Assembly (NCBI RefSeq): GCF_018977255.1
Contig: NW_024704743.1
Coordinates: forward strand, 92,630,001 to 92,694,000
Origin: Callorhinchus milii
Lineage: Eukaryota
Direction: 5' to 3'
Length of the DNA: 64,000 bases
Positions 38,313 to 50,530 of the stretch are shown piece after piece. A model generated the notes under the pieces. It was given only the letters and a program-made list of their open reading frames with translations, ran no database searches and was not told the DNA's origin. Each line of letters begins with the position of its first letter. Within the stretch, counting starts at the first letter, position 1. The position numbers and the translations under genes are program-made.

Positions 38313-39207
38313 TTAGTTTAAACCATTCCCCACAGCACTAGTTAACCTTCCTGCAAGGACATTGGTCCCAGCCCTGTTCAGGTGTAACCCATCCAGCTTG
38401 TACAGGTCCCACCTGCCCCAGAACTGATCCCAATTATTCAGGAAACTGAAGGCTTCCTTTCTGCACCATTTCTCCAGCCATGCACTCATGTGTTTGATCC
38501 TGCTGTTTGGATATTCACTTGCATGAGGCACTGGGAGTAATCCAGAGATCATCACCTTGGCGCTCCTACACTTTCGCTTTTTTCCTAGCCTCTGTAGGAA
38601 CTCAGCCCTTTTTTTCCTTCATCATGGATCCCATCATGGATCATGACTTCTGGATGTTCTCCTTTCCCCTGTAGAATATTTTGCATCCATTCTGTGATGT
38701 CTTCATCCCTGGCACCAGGAAGGCAACATGCCATGCGGGAGTTACATTTTTGGTTGCAGAAAAGCGTGTCTTTCACCATTGTGTTCCCAATGACAATTGC
38801 ATTAACACTCTTCCCTGTGTTCCACTGTGCATCATTTGCTTTTGACTCCCCTCCCCAGAGGTGTCATCACCATGACCAATATTCAGTACAGAGAACTGGT
38901 TTGTGAGTGCCACAGGGGATTTCTGCACTGTCCATCCCCTCTTCCTACTATGCCAGTTGGTCACCCACTCACTCTCCTTCTGAACCTTCTGTGGATGAAG
39001 GGTGGATGACCACCTCCTGAAACATTTGATCCATGAACTCTTCAGCCTCCCATGTGCTATACAATGACACCAGCCTCTCCTTGAGCTCAGAACCTCTGAG
39101 TTCAAGCTCGAGCAGCCGTCCAGGGCACACAAAAGATCCTGGAGTTCCCACATGGCACACATTGAGCATGCAACCAGTCTCAGCTGCCCTATCATATTCC
39201 CAGACAT
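38313..39207 (-). pseudogene. CR1 ORF1 (Cys motif and SGNH esterase), frameshifted
   Basis: LVACSMCAMWE; CCLPGAR; MISGLLPVP...DGLHLNRAGTNVLAGRL. Confidence 0.88.
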
Positions 39208-39364
39208 GCTTTATATTATTTTAATATAAATATAATGTATTTTATAATAATGCACCTACTTTCCCCTCTGCACCAAATTCCCATTCTCACCAAATTCCTT
39301 AACAGAATTCTCACCATGCTCCACCTCACTCAGTTCCCTCCTCATGCTGCTTGGCTCCCTGCTC

Positions 39365-39445
39365 CTTTATTATTTATTATGTATTTATTCACTGTGTGAA
39401 TGGTCACATTCACACAGTGAATAAATAAATAAATATATAATAAAG
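39365..39445. repeat. long inverted repeat (21-bp perfect stem, 4-nt loop, imperfect AT-rich extension)
   Basis: tatttattcactgtgtgaatg (39382-39402) gtca cattcacacagtgaataaata (39407-39427). Confidence 0.9.
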
Positions 39446-39863
39446 AGGTACTGCCTACATGTTCAGGAAATCTTTTTGTTGTTTATATAAGTTCAATATC
39501 TAAATGAACTGAAGTGTTTTTATCATTTGGGACAACATCATGTGACATAAATATCATGAGTTACAATTCTTACACCATTTATTGATAACACCAAAATTCC
39601 AAAGAAGGAGTAAACTACAGGGGTACGTGGAAAGCGTAGGTAAAAGGGACAACATGGATTACCCTTTAAAAAAGCCAGCAAACACATAGTGGGATGAATA
39701 GTCTTCTTCTGAACTGTAATTCTTTATGGTTCTATAGTTCTAAGCTATGGGGTTAACATTCCAGAGTTTCTATCCTGAAAAGTTTTTAAGTTAAAAGGGT
39801 ACATTGTGTTAGTTGGGCATGTAAACAGAGCTAAAGGCCCTATGTGACCATTAGTCTCTAGAA

Positions 39864-40171
39864 GAGTCCTGTAACTCAGAGGTTAGAGCGCTCGCTTTGC
39901 AAGCGAGAGACCTGGGTTCGATTCCCGGCAGGGTGAAACCTTGGGCAAGTTTCCTACTCCACACACCTGATAATAATCCCTCAAGAAAAAAAAACAATAA
40001 TAAATTGGTCATTTCAATCCATGACTGTTTGTGAGACACCTGCTGTGCGTAATTGGCTGCCGCATTTCGCCCACAAATACACAGTCAATTCATTTTAAGG
40101 TCTATTCTGTGAAGTGCTTTGAGACATCTAGAAGACGTCAAAAGCGCTATGTCAAATGCAAGGATTATTAT
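39864..40171 (+). mobile_element. full tRNA/Deu SINE followed directly by an L2 tail (40172-40239)
   Basis: gagtcctgtaactcagaggttagagcg...ggttcgattccc head; Deu core; tail. Confidence 0.93.
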
Positions 40172-40454
40172 ACAGTGCTTTGGGATGTCCTCCCGATGTG
40201 AAAGGCGCTCTATAAATGTAATTTTGTTGTTGTTGTTGTCGTAGAATGGTCACAATTGAACAGCAAACAGCAGCCAATCAGAAAGTTGTTCCACAACATA
40301 AACATCAAGGTACACAATAGGGCAATATTCGTCTCAGGAACTTGTCTGGGGTGTATTAATGCAGATTTCAATAAAAAAACATGGTGAAAGGATGAAACCA
40401 CCATCAAGTCTTGCACAGTAAAATACTACTACTAAATCTTGCACAATAAATAAA

Positions 40455-40868
40455 TAATAAAAATAATAATCCTTGCATTTGCTATAGTGCCTTATAACTT
40501 CATTGGGACACGTCAAAGGGCTTCACAAAATATACTGGATTGTGGAATGACTGTGTTTTGTTTTGCAAATGCACAGCCAAATTGTGCACAGCAATGTCTC
40601 ACCAACAGTCATGGAGTGAATGACCAATTTTATTTGGGGGAATTGTTGGTCAGGACACCGGAATAAACTCCCTACTCTTTTTGAATAGTTCTATGAAATC
40701 TTTAGTATCCACCTGGACACAGAGAAGGGACCTTGGTTTTACATCTCATTTGAAGGATGGCCCTTTCGACAATACAGCACATCGACAGCACTGCATTGGA
40801 ATGTCATCTTAGATTACACAAGTTTTAAGACCCGACATGGAGTGCCATCAAATGAGCCAGGCTGATAC
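40455..40868 (-). mobile_element. older Deu-domain SINE (SacSINE1-like)
   Basis: Reverse complement aligns with 41544-41970. Confidence 0.85.
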
Positions 40869-41543
40869 ATAGTGCAATACCGATATCAAGTCCTACATAT
40901 TGTCTTGTTCATTTTTGAGTAACCAAACAAGATTTGCTATCCTGCAGTTCTTCAGTTCTCCTCAAAATATTTACCAAAGCCTCAGCTATTTCTTCTCCTT
41001 TTTCCTTTAGGGTCTGACTGTTTAGCTGTCTAGTTCAGTTGTCTTATGGGCATTCAATATTTGTAAGTTTTTCATAACATATTGATATCTACTCCTGTTA
41101 AAGAGCCCTGAACCAAAACAACTGAAACTGGAATTATAATCACAGTCGTCATTTATAAATTCTGATGTAAAAATCGTTTTCACACAGCAGCCATCTACAG
41201 TATTGCTTCCCAATTTTCTGCGAAAGAAACTATTGATTTTCAACATGCCATCTGCTGTTAACATAGAGAAAACATTTCTTTGGATTCTGCTTGTTGTTCC
41301 ATGTAATGTGCTTTCATATTACCCTTCTAGTAACCATCATAAACTTTCATTTTTGGTTCATGTAGCCCACTTACATTTAACTTCTTAAACTGTCTCTTAG
41401 GGCATTATCATAATCAGTTCAGTATTTTTTCGAATAATCCTGAAATGCAGTACCAATAAGCACATTTTTGATCAAAGTATAAGCCATCAACAAAACAGAA
41501 TCATTATTGTTCATTGCTGTTAAGTACTGAGCTCTGTATATCT

Positions 41544-41970
41544 GTCAGCCTCGCTCAGTTGGCAGTGCTCTCACCCCTGAGTTAGAAGATTATGGGGTCA
41601 AGCCCCATGTCAGGTCTTGGAACTCATATACTGTAGTCTATGCTGGGGTGTACTGCATTGTCAGAGGTGCTGACATTCAAATGAGATGTTAAACCAACTT
41701 CCTATTTGCCTGTCTGTGTGGCCATTAAACATCCCATGTCACTATTCAAAAAGAGAAAGGAGTTTATCCCAGTTTTCTGGCCAACAATCCCCCAAATTGG
41801 GCATTCACTCCATGGCTATTGGTGCAAAATTGCTGTGTGCAAATTGGCTGTCACATTCGCCCACAAAATACAAACAGTCACAGTGCTTTATATTGTGCAC
41901 AACAAAGTTCTTTGAGATGTCTTGACAGTGTGATAATGTGCTATATTAAGTGTAAGAATTATTATTATTT
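41544..41970 (+). mobile_element. full older tRNA-headed Deu-domain SINE (SacSINE1-like)
   Basis: gctcagttggcagtgctctcacccctgagttagaag..ggggtcaagcccca head; gtactgcattgtcagaggtgc; tgctgtgtgcaaattggctg core; (att)n tail. Confidence 0.85.
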
Positions 41971-42199
41971 CCAGTCTGGGTATGTCAAACGCCATCTTTG
42001 GTCTCATGATGAATGATTCAACAATAACCTACTTTCTCCCTTATTTGCTCAGCCTTCCTACTGAATATCAGTTTTGCAAACAGAAAAAAACAGAAACGAA
42101 CAACACAATGTGACATGTTAATAACATTCATTATTTATATACTCATTTCAAATTACATCATTTTGAACTTTCCACTTTCAAGAGCGAATCAATTAGAGC

Positions 42200-42545
42200 C
42201 TCCCTGCAAATATAGTCAAGCCAGGCAGGTTCGCAATAATCTAAGGGACTGCTGATTAGAAACCAGCAAGCCTGGCTTATTAGCAGGACTTGGAGGGGCA
42301 GACTAGTCACTGGGAGAGAGAAGGAATTCTTCCCATTCAGCTTCTGTTAAGTCTGCAAGTCTAACTCTAACATTGTCGAGGTGGACAATCAATGGGAAAC
42401 TTGCCAAACAGTGCTCACAATATGTTATGGAACTTTTCACATCTAGATGGCATACATGTGTGGAACTCTCAGTCTGGCTTGGATACTGTTGGGTATGGTG
42501 ATTGGATTCTGTATGTGTCAGAGACATTCAGCTGCCCCCCAAAAG
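42200..42545 (+). repeat. degraded copy of the RTEX-like 3' UTR repeat
   Basis: ctgctgattag...ttattagcaggacttgga; ends atgtgtcagagacattcagctgccccccaaaa. Confidence 0.7.
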
Positions 42546-44394
42546 GATAACATTTAGGAAATAACGTGAGGCTAAATGAGAATTGTGAGGTGCGTTAATT
42601 ACTAACATGATGGCAAAATAGATAGGTATATTCAATATCAGCCACTGTCGTAAAGTGCTAAATTATCGATTGTGCACTGCACCACTTAATTTGTAGCTGA
42701 ATTGTTATGCTGTTATTACAATTTCATTGAGTGGAAGGAAGAGATAATAATGACAAGTGTATTGTACTCAGCTGTCTCAATACATTTTGAATTGCAGTTA
42801 TCTATTATATTTTTTCATATGTTGGCACATTTTGACTTTATGGAAATAAAGTATTTTAGCATTTTATATAAAAGGGAACCTACGTGGATATCAGTAATAA
42901 TAATAATCCTGGCATTTGATAGAGCTCCTTATTAAGTTGTCGAAACATATCAAAATGCCCCATAGTATTTACTGTAGAGTATAGTGACTGTGTATTTTGT
43001 AGGTGAATGCGACAATCAATTTATCAACAGCAAATTAAAGCAGTGTCCCACAGTTGTCATGAAGCTAGATGTTAGGTGAGGACAGAATCAATTGTAATAT
43101 CTCCCACATATGAATAATCTGCTGAGGTTCACCATGACCTATCAAGAATAGACACATGGCTGAGGTACCAGTTGACAACAAGCTCTCATGGAACCATTGA
43201 GTCACAATGTCTTTTGGAGATGGACTCAGGATGGAGGGAGGATTGAATGTTCAGGTGGATAGACACTTAAGAAGCAGAAAACATAAATGATATGGTGGTG
43301 AGAAGGCAGAAAAGTGGGATTAGGAGATAAGATAGTCCGAGCGCTGTTTTGTCACAAACTTCTGTTCCTGACTTTCCAAATATTCCTATGTTCTCCATTA
43401 GATAGACATAAAGTTCTTTTTTGTTCCAACTTTACAATTAGATTTCCTGTGTTGAAGATGTAACAAAAATATGCTACTTTTAGTGATCAGCCTACAAGTA
43501 GTCACATTTCCTTCTAATAGTGTATGTGTTGCTATGGGGGAAATGCAGTTGTAATATAATAATTATCACAAGTTATCTTTCCTCGCATTTACATGTCTGT
43601 TTTTGTGTTCCTTCTTTAGCTGGTCCTATGTCTCGAGATGTGGCAGCACTAGAGCAGAGGAAGAAATATGAGATGGCAAAGGTGTTGCTGCTATGGTTTA
43701 TGCACTGATGTGCTATCAATACTTTGAGGCACGTAAAAAATAATAGATTCTGGCCTCAGAAATATATCACCTGTGATACTCTTAAATTTGTCAGGTTCTG
43801 ATAACCACATTGCTGCACTTACACATAGACAAAGGAATGAAACACTTTCTTACAATAAACAGTTCTGTGCTATGTATCACAAATGTATATAGATATATAT
43901 ATTATCACTTCTTCCTACCTACTGAAGATTAATGATGATGGCTGTGACAGGCCAATCATTTTACAGTGGGGAAACAATTACAGGACAGTGACAAAAATGT
44001 GAAAATGTAATTGTTTCCCACTGTAAAATTTCGAACTCATTTTTATTCCAACTGTTTTGTGCTGCATGAAACTGGTGAAAGCTGAGAACATGACATACAT
44101 TGGAAATGCACATTACAAAACAAACGCCTTGCATGAGGTACTCCATTTTAGATATATTACGGCAGAGACATCTCCTTTTACATTACCTCAATAAAATGTT
44201 GTAAGCTCAAACTCAGAACATCTTGGGTGTGTGCACCAGTGGAGAATGAATGTTTAATTTCTCACACTATAATAATTCTGGTATTTGATGTAGCACTAGT
44301 GGATACATCTTCAGAGTTAATTGTTTGATGTAGTGACTGTGTATTTGTTGGCAGATTCATCAACCAATTTATGCACAATAACAGTGGGGAAGTG

Positions 44395-44535
44395 CAGAGT
44401 TAACAGGAGCCCAGTGACTGTTCTGTCCCTCCAAGTCCTGCTGACAAGCCAGGCTAGCTGATTTCTCATCAGCAGCACCTTGGTTTATTGCAAACCTACG
44501 GGCTGGGAACCAGGTTACTGCTTGGTCCAGGTTGA
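44395..44535 (-). repeat. fragment of the RTEX-like 3' UTR repeat, inside an old SINE
   Basis: ccaagtcctgctgacaagccaggctagctgatttctcatcagcag. Confidence 0.7.
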
Positions 44536-44694
44536 TTTTAATCTGACATTTCATTGCCTAGCATGGCAACTTGTTAGAATTGTTGGTCGGGAGAAATTTC
44601 TGTTTTCAAATAGGGCCAAGAGATTTTTAACATTTACTTGAACAAGCAAACCAGAGCCTTGTTTAACATCTCATCTGAAGGCACTTATTGAATT

Positions 44695-45915
44695 ATTCAA
44701 GGTACTAAAGGGTGTAAACTGAACTCTGATACTAGGATCTATGGTACAATGATTTCTAATGGGATTCCTGAATTTAGGATCTAAAATGCTAATGGAGGCT
44801 CCTTCATGGAACAAGAATGATGAAGTCAACTGTGAGAAAGAAAATGGAAGATAGCTTGTATAAAAAATAATCAATAAATGGTAACCAACAAGACATAGAA
44901 CTTGTCTCAATAACCTTATAGACATTTTTGAGGAGCTGACATCAAAGATTTACTGTGGGAAGCCATACATGTAATAATATATAATAGTAATCCTTGCATT
45001 TGATACAGCTCTTTTCAAATCTTCTAGACATCTCAAAGCATTTCACAAAATATACTGTAAAGTGAATTGACTGTATATTTGCGGGCAAAATGCGGCAGGC
45101 AATTACGTACAGCAGTGTCCCACAAACAGTCATGGATTGAGTGAACAAATTATTTTATTTTAAGGACTATTATCCCCAGAAAAGCAATCTGCCAATCGAC
45201 TAACAACCGGGTTCCTACTTATTGCTAGGTAAACAGAGGCGTATGAAGCAAGAAAATTTGCCGAACATTTCTCCCAGCTGGGAAACGAACCCAGATTTCT
45301 CACTTTCGAGGCAAGTGCTCTAACCACTGAGCTACAGTGTAGTAAGGATAGACTTCAAAAAGCATTTGAGAAAGCATTCCATGAAAGACTCTCACAATTG
45401 ATGTCACTGGGTATCAAGGAAAGGAAATGGACATGGATATAACGTTGATTGAAAGGAAGGAAGAAGGTGATTTTTATTTTAGGGGAGTTAGGTCAAAATG
45501 AGGAGAGGTGTTAAATGCCTTAGGGTCAGTACTGGAACCTATTCTTTCTTTGATACATTAATCAAATCAAAATATCAAACACTAAATGCAAGGAATATTA
45601 TTATTAATGACTTGGCTTTCAGACTCAGTTATATTTTCAGATGGCATCAAGCTGGGGGTAACTGTTGAATCAGAGGAGGCATCAAAGATCTTACCAAGAA
45701 ATCTTGATTGGTTAGGCACATGGCCTGATGACTGGCAAAGGAATTTCACTACACATAAATGCCAAGTTACTCTACAAAGAAAGTAAGAATATGAGACTCA
45801 CATAATCTATAGATGGGGTACAACTTGTCAAGGGATACGTTGAAAGACATCTGAGAGTATTAGTTGACTCATCACACAGCATTTTAAAACAATGTGTGAC
45901 AGCAATAAACAAAGC
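44695..45915 (+). mobile_element. degraded CR1 RT fragment interrupted by a SINE
   Basis: Traces of CLNNLIDIFEEL, DFKKAFEK, GSVLEP, FSDGIKLG, W..NF...KCQV. Confidence 0.7.
44981..45336 (-). mobile_element. tRNA/Deu SINE, long-linker variant
   Basis: Head tgtagctcagtggttagagcac; linker gcctctgtttacctagcaataagtaggaacccggttgttagtcgattggc. Confidence 0.9.
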
Positions 45916-45916
45916 A

Positions 45917-47340
45917 AGTACAACAACAACAAAAATAACATTTGTACAGTGCCTTTCACATTGGGAGGACGTCCCAAGGCGCTGGACAATCAATGTTTCG
46001 GACCCAATCTGAGGGTCGGGATCGGGGAGGGTGGAGGGCAGGGGCGAAGGAGGGTGACTGAATGCACGGTTGAAGGGGAGGGTCTTGAGACAGATCTTGA
46101 AGGAGGCAAGGGAGGGATAGAGGAAGAGGGACTGCGGAATGGAGTTCCAGAGGGTAGGAGCAGAGTGGCAGAAGGCTAGCCCGCCAATGGTGGGGCAGGT
46201 GAGATGGGGGAAATGAAACAGGCTGGAGCCTGCTGAGTGGAAAGAGCGGGCAGGTTGGGAGGGGTTAGGAGGTTGCAGAGGTAGTGGGGGAGCAATGCCA
46301 TGGAGGGCTTTGAAGGTGAGGACCAGGATCTTGAACTGTATCCTCTGTGTGATGGGAAGCCAGTGGAGTCGATCGTGGATGGGGGTGATAGGATAGCTGA
46401 GCCTGGGTACAGGAAAGGATATGGGCTGCAGAGTTCTGGATGATCTGCATCCTACAGAAGGAGGAGTTGGGGAGGCAGACAAGCAGGGAGTTTGCGTATT
46501 CGAGCCTGGATGTTATAAATGCATGCATGAGAGTCTCAGCGACCTGAGACAGTGGTAGAGCTGGGTGATGTTGCGGAGGTGGGGGAAGGCAGAGCGGGTC
46601 ATGGGACAGATAATAATAATAATAATAATAATCCTTGCATTTGATATAGCGCTTTTCATGTCTTCTAGATGTCTCAAAGCACTTCACAGAATGTACTGTA
46701 AAGTGAATTGACTGTATATTTGTGGGCAAACACGGCAGCCAATTGCGCACAGCAATGTCCCACAAACAGTCGTAGATTGAAAATGACCAATTTATTATTG
46801 TTTTTTTTTGGAGGGATTATTATTAGACATGTGGAGTAAGGAAACTTGCCCAAGGTTTCTCCCTGCCTGGAATTGAACTCAGGTCTCTCGCTTGCAAAGC
46901 GAGTGCTCTAACCACTGAGCTACAGGACTCCAGATGTGGGGTAGAAAGGATAGTTGAGGTTCAAACAAGATGCCAAGGTTCCAGACTGGCTTAGTAAGGT
47001 GGAGTGTGAAATCATTGGATGGTGATGCAGTCAGTGCCTGAGGTGTGGAGGCGCTGACAAGACCTAATCAGGAGGGCCTCGGTCCTGTTGACTTTCAACT
47101 GTAGAAAGTTAGCTCTCATCCAAGAGTTGAGTAGTGGTCCTGATGTTGAGGGTGGAGGCAGAGAGATAGCATTGGGTGTCATCTGCATAAATGTGGAAAT
47201 TGACCCTATGTCTCCAGATGATGTGACCAAGAGGGAGCATTTAGATTTTGAAAAGGAGGGGACCAAGGACAGAGCCCTGAGGAACTCTGCACGAGATGGT
47301 GCAGGGGCTAAAGGAGAAGCCGGTTGTGGAGATGAAGTGT
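45917..47340 (-). mobile_element. 5'-truncated L2 interrupted by a SINE
   Basis: RVPQGSVLGPLLF...LHWLPITQRIQFKIL...(caa)n tail. Confidence 0.95.
46610..46931 (-). mobile_element. full young tRNA/Deu SINE nested in L2
   Basis: Complete head to (taa)n tail; L2 resumes on both sides with a short agat duplication. Confidence 0.95.
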
Positions 47341-47454
47341 GAAATGGTGTGACAGTTAGGATCTGAACCATTCAAGGACAGAACCACTAAGTAAGATATT
47401 TGCCTATATTGCAAAATCTGTTGATTCTGATCCACAGAAGTCATACTCAAGCTA

Positions 47455-47808
47455 TATGATGCTCTGGTTAATTGTACCTAGAGTCCTACATATACTTTTG
47501 GTCACTGCAGCATAAGGAAGATGCCAAATCTCTAGAGTGCATAGGCAGTGCAAAGGAAAGCAATAAGGATTATCCCCAGAGTTAGAAGGAAGAAGATGTC
47601 CACTGTCTGGCATGGCATTGTAACTATTTGGTAAAGAATACAGCTGAAATATATGAGCAATAACTCTTAGCATTACAAATAGAAACAGAAATCTACATTA
47701 AGTTGCATAGGCTCACCGAGCAAGGATTTTTATTAAAAATGTTTTAGGGTCAGTCAGGCTGGGCTCCCAATGATACTTTTCAGTCCTGTATATTCTTATG
47801 CTCCTATG
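47455..47808 (+). mobile_element. degraded CR1 3' fragment
   Basis: Traces of LV.P...FWS...LE.A.; end cctgtatattcttatgctcctatg. Confidence 0.6.
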
Positions 47809-48730
47809 AAACCGGTTGGCAATTAATTTGAGAGAGAATGGAATTAGTTTAATTTCTTTGGGTTTGGTTCAAAAGAACAAAAGGATGGTGTGCAAGATAC
47901 CATGCCACCCATTGTCCATGAATGGATTGGGTTTGAACACATGCGCAGTGGATCATAACATAAAGATACAGAATGTATGCTGAGCATTCTGGTTTATTGA
48001 ATTCTAGACAGCAGCCATTGGACTCTGGGGAATCACTTCTCAAATGCTGCCTCATTAGCTAAACCCTACAACTAACAGAAGCACAAGAACAGAAATGTTA
48101 TCATGTTGGGAGGGAACACTGCTACCTGACCTTTGAGTCAACCTAACTGAAAAGGGCAAGAATAACATCAGGGTAGTCCCCTTTCAGGGGAAAACCTGAC
48201 AGCCACAATGTCACATAGCAACTCATGGCTGACAAGCACCTAAAGATGTGATGCACACTAGGGTTATTGCTTTTTGCTTGACTAACAATGCACATAGAGG
48301 CCACTACATGATGACCCATGGGTCATAGAAAACACTTGACAAGTGACCCTATCTTTAAAGCCACGGCTGACTGAACTGCAAGCTGCTTAGGTAAGTCAGA
48401 TGATGAGTTTCCATTTCACCCAAACATCAGGAGATTTATCATGTGATAACATCATCGGGAAATTTCTTTATTTTGGATCACTTTTACTTTGAAAAATCTG
48501 TAAAAAGATGTAGTTCAGTTTATGAAAAGGTGCTCTCTCTGCAGACTGGTACTCAGAAGCACTACAACATACAACAAGCTGCAACATTGGCCCAGGTTAG
48601 GTAAATGCCATGTGTACAGCATTAAATGTTGTATTGAAGTAAATATGTGTGAAGCCAGCTATTATGCAGCGTTAATCATATCTGTCTGAAAATAATATCA
48701 GAGAGTTTGAAAATCAAACCTGGATCCTTT

Positions 48731-49068
48731 CACCTCACAAGCAAGAGGACCCGGGTTCGAAGTCTAAGCGGGGTGAAACCTCGGGCAAGTTTCCTTACTC
48801 CACATGACTCTGTTTTCCAAGCAGTAAGTAGGAACCCAATTGTTAGTTGATTGGCGGAACGCTTTTCGGGGGTAATCCTGCCCGCAGAAAATGTGGGTCA
48901 CTCAATCAACGACTGTTTGTGGGACACTGCGCAATTGGCTGGTGCGTTTCGCCCACAAAACACAGTCAATCCATTTTACTATATATTCTGTGACGCGCTT
49001 AGAAATGTTGCAATGACATGATAAGGCACTATATCAAATGCAAGGATTATTATAATTATTATTATAAT
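48731..49068 (+). mobile_element. tRNA/Deu SINE, long-linker variant
   Basis: gggttcgaagtc B box, linker, Deu core, tail. Confidence 0.88.
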
Positions 49069-49654
49069 AAGACACCAATTTAAAAACATAAAACTCATTA
49101 AACTGAACAGTACGTGACTTACATTTAATAAGGATCAGAAATTTATAATTGGTTACTTTCTCCAATCGACAGTTACAAACTTTCCAACTGTCAGCTGTCA
49201 TCTTAATAATTAGGCAAGGCGAGAATTAAAAGAGGTCTTTCCAAAGAAAGAAACTGGATGCTTTGTCAAGCACAGTTCATTGGTTTGACAAAAGTGACAG
49301 CAGTAGGGAGGTTTCATTAGAAAATGTTTCCGCATTAAATGTCAAGCCTTTCATTGTAATTCACTTAAGATATAAGAACAGAAATGAACTATGTATCCAA
49401 ATTCAGTTTATTCAGCTTAGAGACATTCTCTCCTATGAGAAATTGTCTAATTAAGCATAGAAAATTAATCTTTTATATTATTTTAAAATAAACTAATAGG
49501 TTAAATTGGTAGCATTTCATGACACATTTCTTGTGATAACTACTATGGTGTGAAACACCACAAATTACGGTTCCATCTTGAGATGTCTCGAAGATATGAT
49601 AAGTTGCTATATCAAATATCAAAGGATTCTTCTTCTTATTTTCATGTGGAATCC

Positions 49655-50170
49655 CATCACCATGCTTCACCAGACCAAAAAAGAGTTTCACATATGCCTA
49701 GAGTGCTCTCTCCCTTGAAGAATGCACCAATCTTACCCTTCTTACCTAATTCTGAAGAGTATTAGGTGCAGGTTGGCAGAAGTCAAACCCCAGAGTGTGA
49801 GTTTTTTTTTCAAATTTGGGTAGATCTTGCTCAGCTAGAACCTCACAGCTTGCCATTGACATAGCAGTGTCTGTCAACCTTGATTGTGTTTGTCCAGCTA
49901 GCATCATCCTAACTATTAGGGGTTTGGCTTTCAGAGTTAACAGGAGTTGAGTGGTAAGAGTTCGTGACCCAGGCGACTGGTCTGCGCATCCAAGTCGTGC
50001 CGATGAGCCAGGCTGGCTGGACTGCCATCAGAAGTGCCCTGGAGTACTGCAGACCAAACAGCCACAGAGGGTTGGCTCAATTCTGATGTATGTCACCTTA
50101 GAGCCACTCGTCCACAAGGAGGCCTGTTTACCTCCTCCACAAGGGGGACAGTCACTATTTGACATCTGAC
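49655..50170 (-). repeat. copy of the RTEX-like 3' UTR repeat
   Basis: Reverse complement starts agatgtcaaatagtgactgtcccccttgtggaggaggtaaac, matching 4481-4530. Confidence 0.75.
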
Positions 50171-50269
50171 AGTTACAGTTTTGAGCCTTTGCTGGGTGGA
50201 TAACAGGAACCATGACCTCTCTGTGAGTTTTTTTTTGATTTCCAGTTGTTCAAATTGTCTTTCAACTTT

Positions 50270-50530
50270 TAACAATCACAACAACTTACATTTATATAGC
50301 GCCCTTCATAGGGTCTTGGAGCGCTTATCAGGTGCGGAGACACATATTTGTGGGCAGTGGAGCTGGGGAAATCAGTGAGAAAGGCATTGGAGTAGTCAAG
50401 ACGTGAGGTGACAAAGCCCCAGAGAATGGTTTTGGCTGCATTGGTCGGAGGTGGGCAATGTGATGGAGGTGAAGGAAAGCGGTCTTGGTTATAAACTGGA
50501 TATGGTGGAGAAAGAACAATTGTGGGTCGA
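50270..50530 (-). mobile_element. older L2 fragment, left half (continues at about 54309-54362)
   Basis: DPQLFFLHHIQFITKTAFLHL, FVTSRLDYSNAFL; continuation after the nested L2 matches 24539-24595. Confidence 0.8.

Larger units (their letters stand above)
35371..39365 (-). mobile_element. near full-length degenerate CR1 LINE
   Basis: ORF1 zinc-finger start and esterase domain, ORF2 APE (ESIWLEL, VVIMGD) and RT (KSPGPDGVHPR, QHGFVKGKSC), (attctatg)n tail at 35371-35387. Confidence 0.96.
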
